Shown one piece after another: positions 16,393 through 25,429 of a stretch of 30,258 nt of DNA. Position numbers and translations under genes: made by a program. The first letter of the stretch is position 1, and every line of letters starts with the position of its first letter. The notes below the pieces were generated by a model. The model was not told the DNA's origin and did not search any database. It saw only the letters and a program-made list of their open reading frames with translations. The stretch is taken from the IMG/VR virus record IMGVR_UViG_3300031999_000146, positions 1 to 30,258 of that record. One strand, 5' to 3'. Source of the stretch: a virus. Its lineage: Duplodnaviria > Caudoviricetes.

Positions 16393-16421
16393 TTGATTAA
16401 GGTGTGTCCTTATGTTAGTAT
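16393..16421 (+). promoter_or_regulatory. Promoter for the inverted endonuclease
   Basis: TTGATT-17 nt-TAGTAT (with TGn)-8 nt-ATG. Confidence 0.65.
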
Positions 16422-16429
16422 TAGTGTAT

Positions 16430-16951
16430 ATGGATATAATAACACGAAACTGTACATTTTGTAACAAAGAATTTACACCGAACACAAGAGTTCAAATAAA
16501 TTGCTCGATACAATGTACAAAAAACAAATATTACAAAAGAAAATGTATTGAGTTAGGGAAATCATCAATTTTTGTAAATGAAGAAGATTTTTACAAAACA
16601 GAAACAGGTATTGGATTTAAGTGGGAAAAATATGTAGCAGACAAATTAGGTGCAACACATTTAGAATTTAATCTAGACGGATTAGATATAGATTGGAACG
16701 GAAAACTTATTGATGTTAAATCAGCACACCTAAACAAAAGAAAAAACAAAAGGGGAAAACCTGTGGTGGGTAAACAATTAGGATACTGGAATTTTAAGGG
16801 TTGGGGTTTAAATGAACCGAGTTTTTTTGTATGTGTCTGCGTAAATGATGATGAAAGTGTTGAAAAAACACTGATAATACCCTCATCGCTTTATCCAAAA
16901 CAAGGAATCACTGTTGGTCAGAAATCTAAATATGATATTTATTTAATTTAA
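16430..16951 (+). CDS. Zn-finger + PD-(D/E)XK endonuclease, probable homing endonuclease
   Basis: CTFC...CSIQC; G...E.......D......IDVKS; inverted inside the lysis cassette. Confidence 0.75.
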   Translation: MDIITRNCTFCNKEFTPNTRVQINCSIQCTKNKYYKRKCIELGKSSIFVNEEDFYKTETGIGFKWEKYVADKLGATHLEFNLDGLDIDWNGKLIDVKSAHLNKRKNKRGKPVVGKQLGYWNFKGWGLNEPSFFVCVCVNDDESVEKTLIIPSSLYPKQGITVGQKSKYDIYLI

Positions 16952-17030
16952 GACCTGCACCTTTATAAGAAGGATTAGCGTTAGCTGCGAAAGGTTGAGT
17001 GTTAATTCCTTTTGGTTCTATGAGTTTCAT
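16947..17030 (-). pseudogene. Orphan 5' stub of the endolysin (MKLIEPKGINTQPFAANANPSYKGAGLK)
   Basis: 16/28 aa identical to the current endolysin N-terminus; ATGA-coupled to the upstream gene. Confidence 0.85.
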
Positions 17031-17350
17031 TTTGCACTTGTAATTATTAAACCTAGTAAAGAAGCAATAATAGCCCCAACGATAATTCTGTTAATCCAAG
17101 TAAGAAGTGAGTTTATTTTCTCCACATCTATCTTATCTGCTTTCTTGTCTACTTCTGTTTTGTCAGCCTTTGTGTCTATTCTAGCGTGTACCCCTTCAAT
17201 TCGTTTGTCCATTTGTTCTTGGAACATAACCATTCGTTCTTGGTGAAGTGTAATATTCTCTTTTAGAGTGTTAGCAATATCATCAACTCGTTCTTTGATG
17301 TAGGATATTTCTCCTTGCATTACTGCTATTTTTGTTTCTTCACTAGACAT
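17027..17350 (-). CDS. XhlA-like coiled-coil membrane protein (lysis)
   Basis: Coiled coil plus C-terminal TM, in the lysis cassette. Confidence 0.6.
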   Translation of the reverse strand: MSSEETKIAVMQGEISYIKERVDDIANTLKENITLHQERMVMFQEQMDKRIEGVHARIDTKADKTEVDKKADKIDVEKINSLLTWINRIIVGAIIASLLGLIITSAK

Positions 17351-17351
17351 G

Positions 17352-17564
17352 TTACTCTCCTGTGTTCATAAACTTAGTAATTTCATTAACTAATGCTCCA
17401 AGAGTAGTGAGAGTAAGAACATCTGCTAATAGTTTCCAATCCACTATATAAATACTACCTGCTGAGATAATGAATCCTGCTCCTGTTACCACAAACAAAC
17501 CTGCTGTTCTCCAAGCAAAGGATTTAAGTCTGTTAAGATAGATTTGTTTATTTTTCTTTGTCAT
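17352..17564 (-). CDS. Putative holin
   Basis: Small protein with two TM helices, near the endolysin. Confidence 0.6.
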   Translation of the reverse strand: MTKKNKQIYLNRLKSFAWRTAGLFVVTGAGFIISAGSIYIVDWKLLADVLTLTTLGALVNEITKFMNTGE

Positions 17565-17685
17565 TTTTAACATCTGGTAGTTCTGTTAATAGTTTTCGGA
17601 GGGCATCAAATTGAGATGCTGGAATGTTTGTTGCGTATACAACTTGTAATATTGCTTCTATTTGCTCTTTTGATATTTGTTTCAT
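17548..17685 (-). CDS. 45-aa ORF not in the track (MKQISKEQIEAILQVVY...)
   Basis: Fills the gap; TATAAT 7 nt before ATG. Confidence 0.6.
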   Translation of the reverse strand: MKQISKEQIEAILQVVYATNIPASQFDALRKLLTELPDVKNDKEK

Positions 17686-17698
17686 ACTTATAATTATA

Positions 17699-18253
17699 CT
17701 ATTTTTTTAAAAGGTTGGCACTTACTTCTTCCACAGTTCTAATTTTGTAGTATTCAGGGTCGATAGCCTTCTTAGCCTTTTTCTTGTCAAACTCCACATC
17801 TACAAATTCTGCGATAGCATCTATAGTTTCATCTATCTTTAAAAAGTAGTCATCATAAGGGATTTCTAGTAGTTCCATATCTGGTCTATTTTCTACAATG
17901 AATCGTAGGAATCTGTATTGCTTTTCTATTTGTTGCTTCTGCAATTCCATATTAGGTGGCATTTGCTTTTGATTAAAGGTTTCAATGCGTGAGAGTACGA
18001 TTTGTTCTGTATCTCGTACTGGCATAATCACTTTGTATTCTCCTGCTGGCAAGTCAAAGAGTTCTAGTGCATTAAGACATTTAAAAGACTTGCCTTCTGG
18101 TACTGTCTTAAAGTTATGAGTTTCAAATGAACCATAAGGATTGATTGCCTTGTTTATTTCAAGGTTATGTTCTGCTTTGATACCTCCTTTATCTAGTATC
18201 ATCATTGATAAACTTGTTCCTGTTCGTGGGTTTCCTGTAACTATTGTTTTCAT
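17699..18253 (-). CDS. Sulfotransferase-family protein
   Basis: IVTGNPRTGTS 5'-PSB loop, NPYGSFE, R......S 3'-PB motif, YDD...I.EF. Confidence 0.8.
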   Translation of the reverse strand: MKTIVTGNPRTGTSLSMMILDKGGIKAEHNLEINKAINPYGSFETHNFKTVPEGKSFKCLNALELFDLPAGEYKVIMPVRDTEQIVLSRIETFNQKQMPPNMELQKQQIEKQYRFLRFIVENRPDMELLEIPYDDYFLKIDETIDAIAEFVDVEFDKKKAKKAIDPEYYKIRTVEEVSANLLKK

Positions 18254-18585
18254 ATTATTTCTTCTGTTAATAATTCTCCTGTAATAACCCCACTTCCATC
18301 TTCATTAAAGTTTACCTCATATCCCATAGGTACTCCTAGTGGTATGTATCCTTCTATTTTACTTGCTATAAATCCTTGTGCTTCTGCACTATCTGTAAAT
18401 ACTTTAATAGCATCAGTTCCTAATAACTTAATTTTTTCCCTTGGACTTGTTTCACCAAACCAAAAAGAATCATATGCTTGTTTGGTAAAGGATTGAAATT
18501 GACCTAGTGCATTTTCTGCGTGAGTGTTCATGGCATTTACTTCTGCTATAACTTTTAATTCGTTTGTTGTTGTTATGTTGTACAT
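18250..18585 (-). CDS. Hypothetical, paralog of 21332-21655
   Basis: Shared FW...P...LG...F..S...Q...Y..L.V...V.F..D..VI.G pattern. Confidence 0.65.
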   Translation of the reverse strand: MYNITTTNELKVIAEVNAMNTHAENALGQFQSFTKQAYDSFWFGETSPREKIKLLGTDAIKVFTDSAEAQGFIASKIEGYIPLGVPMGYEVNFNEDGSGVITGELLTEEII

Positions 18586-18590
18586 ATTTT

Positions 18591-21323
18591 TTAAATTACT
18601 TGATAAGTGAATGTGTAACTAAATGTATCTGCAATTCCATTGTGTTCATAGTAATCCATTTCAACTGTGTCATTGGTTGCATCTGCAATAATACCTCCTG
18701 AATGAGCTGTCCCTGCACTGTTAGGGATTGTTGAAGCATTTCCTCCTGCTTGATAAGCAGTTGAGAAGTTAGAAGCAATTGGTAATGATATTCGTATTCT
18801 AGTTTGTGTGTTGTTTGCTGTTGGTGTTATGTCCATTTGACCTGCTACAGTTACAGTATTTCCAACCCTCATATATGTAGCAAGGCGAGGTGTTGAAGAT
18901 GCAACATTGGCAACACCTGTAAGTGTTGGTGTATATGTACCGTGAGCAAGCCCTGTATCATTGGTGATTGAATCACATTGAAATGAACCAGCAACATCAA
19001 GAGTAGAGTTAGGAACGGTTTGTTTAACCCCAACATTACCTCCAAAGTAGTTTATATCTGCAGTATCTGCTTGATATATACCATATCCTGTTGTTACAAA
19101 AGATTGTTTTTGTTTACCAATATATAGTCCATATGCAGTTCCAATTGTTCCTGTACCTGCTTGATATGGAGCATCGGCAAAGAAATGATACAAGTTTGTC
19201 ATTACTCCTGCTCCTGATTCAAACCCAGACCTTGAATAATATGAAGTTGCAGCTGCTAGTGTTCCACCTGCATATAATGCTACACCTGATTGGTTTGCGT
19301 TTGCAGCCCCTCCAGAAATATTGTTTGCTGTGTTTACTCTTATTTGATTGTAAAAAGCTGTTACATTAGTTCCAAAAATATTACCTGATGGATTCCAGTT
19401 TGAAACATTAAACAAGTTGTAATAATTTTGGTTACCTACAGCAAGTGTATTTGAAGTAACCATATTGACACTCGCTTCAAAGTTGGTAGTTGTTGTTCTT
19501 GATATGTTTAATGCAGAAGTGGTTAATGGGTTTGTACCAATACCAACATTTTTACTAAATCTAAACCCTGCACTTGAACCAACAGCATCAAAAGTGTTTA
19601 ATCCTGCAATACTTGTTGTTGCATTCCAGTAGTTAGATGTATCATATCCAACTCTGAGTTGTTCTGTGGTTGCAACAGCGTGAAGTCTTGCACTAGGTGA
19701 AGTTGTCCCAATTCCCACACTACCTGATGAATTGGTTAAATGGAATGTAGCATTACCTGCAACAAATCTTAAATCTCTACCAACACCTGTTCCACCTTGT
19801 AAAGTCTGGAATAGGAACAGATTTGATACTGGCATAAATCTTGCCATTTCAAAGTTTCCAGTATAGTTGGCACCAAGATTATACATAGCAAAACCATTTC
19901 CATCACCATATGTTGTAACAAGTCCACCAACATTTATTCTGTCTGCTGTTTGAACAGTATTAACTGATATGTTACCTCCTGAACCAACTGATGTCATTAC
20001 AGTTGCAGAACTATTTTGAAACTCTAATAAGTTGGCTGTCTGTCCTGAAAATGCTTTTACAATTTGACCCTTTTTACCTGTTGCTCCTGTATCTATTTGA
20101 AGTTTTGCACCACTGTTTGTGACACCGATTCCAAAATCTCCATTATTCAAAAATCGAGCAAATTCTGTAGCCCCGTTATTTCCACCTTGAAATATCATAT
20201 CTGCACCAGAAGCACCTACTCCTGATGTTGTACGAAGAATCAAATCATCTGTTGTTCCTGTACCTCCTCTTATTATTTGTCCTCCACTTCTTCCTGCCAA
20301 TAATGTGTACTGAGTATGAACATCACCTGTTGTAAGGTTTGAAAGTGAGTTGTGGTTTTGTCCTGATACGGAATTGATATACCCAACATCATTCCAAAAA
20401 TTAGACAAAGGGTCGCCTTGCAATGCTACTGTTCCTGTTGCATCTGGGAAGCTGTATGTTTGTGCAGCCGTTAGACCTGTATAGTCAAAGTAAGAATGAA
20501 AACCACTTGGATTAAAAAATTGATACACATTTGCAATTGAAGCCCCAAATGCTCCTAAAAATGTTACTCCAATATCTGAATAATGATATGTAAGTCCACC
20601 GTTATAGATAGATTGATTTTTTGTAAAAGATTGGTCACTGGTTATTTTAAATGTTCCTAAATCTACATCTGCTGTTGCTCCTGTGTAGGGAACTAAACCA
20701 GATAATGCCGACGATGTTATATAAGCACTTGAATCAAGTGAACCATCTCCTTTAACAAATTGAGTTGATGTACCTCCTGTGGTTACAAAAGATTGTGCTT
20801 CAATATCATTAGTGGTGGTAGCACCTATATCTGTAACTGATTGGAGGTCAAGAGATGTTTGTATGTCTACATCTGTTACACCTGAAGCAGTTTGTGTTAC
20901 TGTAGCTCCTACAAAATTAAGAGTTCTTGCAACCTTTGTCTTCACAACCCCTCCTGATTCAACTCGTAGAGGGTGAGCACCCCAACCTACCAATGGAGCT
21001 TTACCATCTTTACCATTCTTGCCGTCCTTTCCGTCTTTCCCATCTACACCATCTTTTCCATCTAGTCCGTCCTTACCATTAAGCCCATCTTTACCTGCAT
21101 CTCCCTTGTCACCCTTGTCCCCCTTCTTACCTTCTATAGGTTCTGGTATTTCTCTGTTATTAGCTTCTGATGCAATAGCTAAAGCCCCCTCTAACTTCTC
21201 GTCTAAGGCTTCAAATTGGTCGCTGATGGCGTCTAGCTCTTCTACTATAGCTATTTCACCTTTGTCTGCTATTTTAGCAAGGCGTTCTAGTTTTTTTATT
21301 TGTTTTGGAGAAAGGTTATGCAT
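18591..21323 (-). CDS. Tail fibre/receptor-binding protein with collagen-like segment
   Basis: Coiled coil, about 15 G-X-Y triplets, four G(N/S/D)(V/F)GIG-type shaft repeats, beta-rich C-terminus. Confidence 0.8.
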   Translation of the reverse strand: MHNLSPKQIKKLERLAKIADKGEIAIVEELDAISDQFEALDEKLEGALAIASEANNREIPEPIEGKKGDKGDKGDAGKDGLNGKDGLDGKDGVDGKDGKDGKNGKDGKAPLVGWGAHPLRVESGGVVKTKVARTLNFVGATVTQTASGVTDVDIQTSLDLQSVTDIGATTTNDIEAQSFVTTGGTSTQFVKGDGSLDSSAYITSSALSGLVPYTGATADVDLGTFKITSDQSFTKNQSIYNGGLTYHYSDIGVTFLGAFGASIANVYQFFNPSGFHSYFDYTGLTAAQTYSFPDATGTVALQGDPLSNFWNDVGYINSVSGQNHNSLSNLTTGDVHTQYTLLAGRSGGQIIRGGTGTTDDLILRTTSGVGASGADMIFQGGNNGATEFARFLNNGDFGIGVTNSGAKLQIDTGATGKKGQIVKAFSGQTANLLEFQNSSATVMTSVGSGGNISVNTVQTADRINVGGLVTTYGDGNGFAMYNLGANYTGNFEMARFMPVSNLFLFQTLQGGTGVGRDLRFVAGNATFHLTNSSGSVGIGTTSPSARLHAVATTEQLRVGYDTSNYWNATTSIAGLNTFDAVGSSAGFRFSKNVGIGTNPLTTSALNISRTTTTNFEASVNMVTSNTLAVGNQNYYNLFNVSNWNPSGNIFGTNVTAFYNQIRVNTANNISGGAANANQSGVALYAGGTLAAATSYYSRSGFESGAGVMTNLYHFFADAPYQAGTGTIGTAYGLYIGKQKQSFVTTGYGIYQADTADINYFGGNVGVKQTVPNSTLDVAGSFQCDSITNDTGLAHGTYTPTLTGVANVASSTPRLATYMRVGNTVTVAGQMDITPTANNTQTRIRISLPIASNFSTAYQAGGNASTIPNSAGTAHSGGIIADATNDTVEMDYYEHNGIADTFSYTFTYQVI
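21000..21131 (-). repeat. Collagen-like GKD/GDK repeats
   Basis: GKKGDKGDKGDAGKDGLNGKDGLDGKDGVDGKDGKDGKNGKDGK. Confidence 0.9.
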
Positions 21324-21331
21324 ATAGTTAA

Positions 21332-21655
21332 TTATACTACATCACCTGAAATGACTACTGCATCTGGTTTAAATTCTACATTCTTCCACACTTGTAATTC
21401 TGTATAGTCTTCATCACCTGCTTTTAAGATGTCTTGTATTCCTTTTGAGAGTTGAAAGAGAAGTACTGATTTCTCTGCTCCGAGAGCATTGGCTATGAGT
21501 TGAGGGTCATACTTACTATTCCAAAAGGTATTGAAGATTTTAGAGTGTTTATCTTCTAAGGTGATGTGTAAGTCTGCAAGAAGTACAGCAAATTCTCGCA
21601 TGAATATTTCAAATTTTTGGTCTTCTGTTAGTTCTGGTAGTTGATTTAATTTCAT
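21332..21655 (-). CDS. Hypothetical, paralog of 18250-18585
   Basis: Same pattern as its paralog. Confidence 0.65.
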   Translation of the reverse strand: MKLNQLPELTEDQKFEIFMREFAVLLADLHITLEDKHSKIFNTFWNSKYDPQLIANALGAEKSVLLFQLSKGIQDILKAGDEDYTELQVWKNVEFKPDAVVISGDVV

Positions 21656-23679
21656 ATTAGTTTTTTGCGTTTAGTAATTTCATAAAATGAAAGTCGGTCA
21701 TCTGGTGTAAGTGGTTTGTTCTTTCTAATTAGTTCTTGTATTCGTTCTAGTTCTGCTATATCTTCAAGGTTGAAGTTTTTACCTTCTGTTTTATATGCTT
21801 TTTCAACTATTTCATCAATTTCAAGTGCAATTTTATCGTCAACTTCTTTTATAAGTTGTTTAGATGTGCTACTATTAGTAGATGATACAGATTCGCTTAC
21901 TTTTGATTTTGGCTGCACTGTCTTTGGTGTTTCTTTTCCTATTCTAACAAAACCACCTTGCTTGGTCTTGTCAAATGGTTTTTTCGTGGTAGCATTAAGA
22001 GATGTTTCTATATTGGGTTGCTTTGATTTTAATATTACTTGGTCTGATACTCCCTGAGTAGCGTCTTTTATATAATTATTATCTTTTAGGTAGTCTTCTA
22101 CATAGTTTTGTAACCCTCCTGGCAATCTAAAATTGTTTATATCATTACCCATAGAGTACAACATTTCAACGATAGGTCTTGAAGTGTTTTTTGTATACCC
22201 ATAAGCTTTAAGCAGTCTGACTGCGATTTCTGGTGAAGCTATGATAGCTGTGATTACAGCTGGGATATTTCCTGTTGCAAGTCCTCCTCCAGCAAGTGCT
22301 GTTCGTGCATATGTACCAACTTTAAGTCCTGAAGCTCTTTCCAGGTCTTCTGCTGCTTTCAATATTTTAATTCTTTGTCCTACTCCTGGCATAACTGATT
22401 CTAGTCTTCCAAGTACTTGTTCCTTTCCTGCTCCTGTTAGGTTGGCAATCTTGTTTACTGCTCCATCTTTAAATGAGCCATCTCTTTGTAGATAGTCTTT
22501 TTTAATCTGTTTCAAAGCTTTAACTTCTGGTGCATATTTTGCATCTAGTTCTGCAAGTCCCTTTATTTGAGTTTTTCCTAAATTATCATAAGCACCTCTT
22601 AAATCTCTAACAATAGGCGTGAGATTTCCTGTCTTTGCTGCGTCATACTTAGATAGTTGAGAAAGTGCTGACCTTGTATTTAAAAAGGCATTGTTTGATA
22701 GTTGAGGTTCGTTTCCATATACATTAAGGAAGTCTTCCAATGCTGTTTTGTCTGCTGATGTTAGAGGTAGTGCTTCTGCAGTTGTTTTAACTTTTCCATC
22801 TACAACTTGAATACCATATTTGTTTAAGATTTGCTCTGCAGTCCCTTCTGGGATTGATACAACCCCTTCTGTTTGTTTAATTGTGTCATAACCCTTACCA
22901 ATATCACTTAAGTCATCTATCTTTGTGTCTATTGCTGTTTTAACTTCTGCTCCAAGTCCAGTTCTTGTTGTATCTGAAAGTGCTTCTTTAGAAAAAGCTT
23001 TTGGATTTGCAATAATATTAGAAATTGTATCTGGGTTTAATCCTGTTGCTTGTGAGATACCAAACTTTGTAGTTTTGTCTATTCCTGACCCTACAGCATT
23101 TGTTGTCTTTGCAATAGGTTTTGTAACTACCTTTGATGTTGTACTGATTGCTTTATCAAGTTGTGCTGTCTTACCTGCCACTCCTGCTCCTCCTGCAACA
23201 AGAGAAATTACATCAGTTCCAAATCCAAAAGGGTCGTTTGTTGCTGTTCGTTGTAGATTTTCTAGTGAGCCATATCTATCTTTTAAGAAAGATGCAAACT
23301 GATTGAATTGTTGTTCTTGTTTCTGTGTTCCAGGAATAAGTTTTTGTACTCCTCCTGCTGCTGTACCTGCAATTCCTTTTGCAGTGTCTATCGGGTTGAA
23401 TAATGCTGTACCGATACTTTTTCCAAAGTTAATAGCAGAACTAGGCACATTACCAAGTGATTTAAACCCTGCTCTTAATGGGTTTTCCCCTGTTACTGCT
23501 GGGAAACTTGCTCCATAATTTTGTGCAGATTCTTGGTCTTTTGTTTGTGTCTGTGGAACTTGTTTGATTGGTGTTGATGTACCAAAACTATTAAAGTCAA
23601 AAGTACCAGATTTTGTAGTCTGCTTCTTCTTCTCTTCTTCTTTTGTAGTTGAACCGAAGTTTTTGAAATCGAATGCCAT
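21652..23679 (-). CDS. Putative DNA ejection/internal virion protein
   Basis: Large helical A/G/K/T-rich protein after the nozzle, podovirus synteny. Confidence 0.6.
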   Translation of the reverse strand: MAFDFKNFGSTTKEEEKKKQTTKSGTFDFNSFGTSTPIKQVPQTQTKDQESAQNYGASFPAVTGENPLRAGFKSLGNVPSSAINFGKSIGTALFNPIDTAKGIAGTAAGGVQKLIPGTQKQEQQFNQFASFLKDRYGSLENLQRTATNDPFGFGTDVISLVAGGAGVAGKTAQLDKAISTTSKVVTKPIAKTTNAVGSGIDKTTKFGISQATGLNPDTISNIIANPKAFSKEALSDTTRTGLGAEVKTAIDTKIDDLSDIGKGYDTIKQTEGVVSIPEGTAEQILNKYGIQVVDGKVKTTAEALPLTSADKTALEDFLNVYGNEPQLSNNAFLNTRSALSQLSKYDAAKTGNLTPIVRDLRGAYDNLGKTQIKGLAELDAKYAPEVKALKQIKKDYLQRDGSFKDGAVNKIANLTGAGKEQVLGRLESVMPGVGQRIKILKAAEDLERASGLKVGTYARTALAGGGLATGNIPAVITAIIASPEIAVRLLKAYGYTKNTSRPIVEMLYSMGNDINNFRLPGGLQNYVEDYLKDNNYIKDATQGVSDQVILKSKQPNIETSLNATTKKPFDKTKQGGFVRIGKETPKTVQPKSKVSESVSSTNSSTSKQLIKEVDDKIALEIDEIVEKAYKTEGKNFNLEDIAELERIQELIRKNKPLTPDDRLSFYEITKRKKLI

Positions 23680-23680
23680 A

Positions 23681-25144
23681 TTATTGGTAAGTTACTGTAT
23701 ATCCACTCTTGATTGCTTCTGTAATTTGTGTGCTATCGGCTGTACCATATTTAACTTCTCCTGAAGGTGAAGTAATCTTCACAGAAGTTGAGAGCCCTGA
23801 TGATGTCCTAATTGCTCCTTGTATTTTAATAAGTTCTTGTCTTGCAGCTGCTGGCTTCAAGTTAAGTGTTAATGATGTAGCAGCATTCTTAAGCATCTTA
23901 CCTTCAAAGTCTGAAACTGCTCCTTGTCCTTTAAGTTGACCTCTTGATGCAAGAGCTGCTTGGTCTATAATAGTTTGAATATTCGCTTTCGTTTTGTAAG
24001 CATCATCTTGAGGATTATTTCTGTTTATCATGTTTGCCCACCCAAATGTTCTATCAAAGTTAGTATCCCCTAATACATTACTTATATCATTTACTAATGA
24101 GAGTTGTTTTTCTGACTCAGCTACTGTAGTAGCAGAAGAAGTTGATACTTCTCGATTATCTACGTCAAATTGTCTTAATGCCAGACTGTTGTTAAAGTTA
24201 ATAGCTTCTTTCTTTTTTGCTAAATCAAAATCAAGATATGCCATATCCTTTTGTTGTTTGAACTGTGCCTGTTGTCTTTTATCTTCAATAATATTTTGTT
24301 CTTTCTTATCAATATAACTCATTACAGAATCATATAGTTTCATTTCATAGTTAAATTTATTCTGAATGTCTTGTGATTTTATTTGATAGTAAGTATCGAG
24401 AGTTTTGTTTGCCATTTCAAGATTACCTTGTGCTGCTGCAAGTTGTGCTTGTACTGGAAGTGCTTGGATAGCTGCTTCTCGTGAGATTTGTGCTTGTTGT
24501 CCTCCGATAATAGATTCTGTGATTCCTCGTCCTTGCCCTTCAAGACCAAGTGATTCTGCTTGTGCTTTTGCTGTGATGGCATTAAGTTGTGCAGTGTAGT
24601 TACTTACTTCTTGTTGTTTTTGTTTGATTCCAAGGTCTTTTTGTGCTTTTAAATACGCATCTGCACCTGATTCTGGAGCATCTGGTGGTGCTATCCCTAT
24701 AGCTGATTTAAAATAATCTGAAACGCTTGTATTTGTTGTTGCTGTAGTATCTGCAGTTGTTGTAGTTGTTGCATCTGTATTTGGTACTGGTGGCGTTACT
24801 CCAAGTGCCATGTTGTTAGCAAGAACAGTAGGCATTTCATTTTTACCTACTACTGGTGTAGGAACATCTATAAGTGCAGCATCTTGTAAGTCTGTTGCTG
24901 TAATTGGTTTACCTTTACTGTTATTAGCTGTAACTGAGTTACCTGTTCTAGAGTAGCCGTATTTAGCCCCTGATTGCCCTGCTGTGACTGCATTGTTGTA
25001 CTCTCCTACTGATTTAACATATCCCTTATTTACAGCCTGTTGAGCCATAGCATTAGAGTTACTTCCTGTTCTCATATTGGAAGATGTTTTGCTCTTTGAA
25101 GAACTTGTTTTACTTGGTGCTTTTGATATTGATTTTATTGCCAT
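23681..25144 (-). CDS. Putative ejection/internal virion protein
   Basis: Q/A-rich coiled coil, KGQGAVSDFE motif, synteny. Confidence 0.6.
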   Translation of the reverse strand: MAIKSISKAPSKTSSSKSKTSSNMRTGSNSNAMAQQAVNKGYVKSVGEYNNAVTAGQSGAKYGYSRTGNSVTANNSKGKPITATDLQDAALIDVPTPVVGKNEMPTVLANNMALGVTPPVPNTDATTTTTADTTATTNTSVSDYFKSAIGIAPPDAPESGADAYLKAQKDLGIKQKQQEVSNYTAQLNAITAKAQAESLGLEGQGRGITESIIGGQQAQISREAAIQALPVQAQLAAAQGNLEMANKTLDTYYQIKSQDIQNKFNYEMKLYDSVMSYIDKKEQNIIEDKRQQAQFKQQKDMAYLDFDLAKKKEAINFNNSLALRQFDVDNREVSTSSATTVAESEKQLSLVNDISNVLGDTNFDRTFGWANMINRNNPQDDAYKTKANIQTIIDQAALASRGQLKGQGAVSDFEGKMLKNAATSLTLNLKPAAARQELIKIQGAIRTSSGLSTSVKITSPSGEVKYGTADSTQITEAIKSGYTVTYQ

Positions 25145-25168
25145 GTTGTTAATTTTATTATAACATTT

Positions 25169-25426
25169 TTATGTCTGCGTACCCACTATTGTCCACGTAT
25201 TCGCTGCTGAACATACTTTTAATTTTCCACTGACCTCGATTATTTCTCCAACTTCACAAGTTGATGGGTCTACCGAGTATTTAGGAACTTTCAAACGAGT
25301 GTTGAAACGTGAGTATTTATTAAAATCTTGAGAAGAAGAAAAATTGTTAGCATATACTGTACTTTTAATATCTAAAAGTTCGTGATTAAGTTTATCTATT
25401 TGCATTTGTAAGTCTTGTGGATTCAT
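25169..25426 (-). CDS. Small virion-associated protein
   Basis: Tail module position. Confidence 0.55.
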   Translation of the reverse strand: MNPQDLQMQIDKLNHELLDIKSTVYANNFSSSQDFNKYSRFNTRLKVPKYSVDPSTCEVGEIIEVSGKLKVCSAANTWTIVGTQT

Positions 25427-25429
25427 ATT

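Noticed and set aside
16392-16951. Group I intron or intein in the endolysin
   Set aside because: The nuclease is antisense, there is no room for a ribozyme core, and a full replacement start exists downstream
21000-21131. CRISPR-like or DNA-level tandem array
   Set aside because: The 9-bp periodicity is explained by collagen G-X-Y coding; no spacers
880-24599. Numerous plus-strand ORFs in the track
   Set aside because: Antisense shadows of minus-strand genes without motifs; only 15376 and 16430 have promoters and domains
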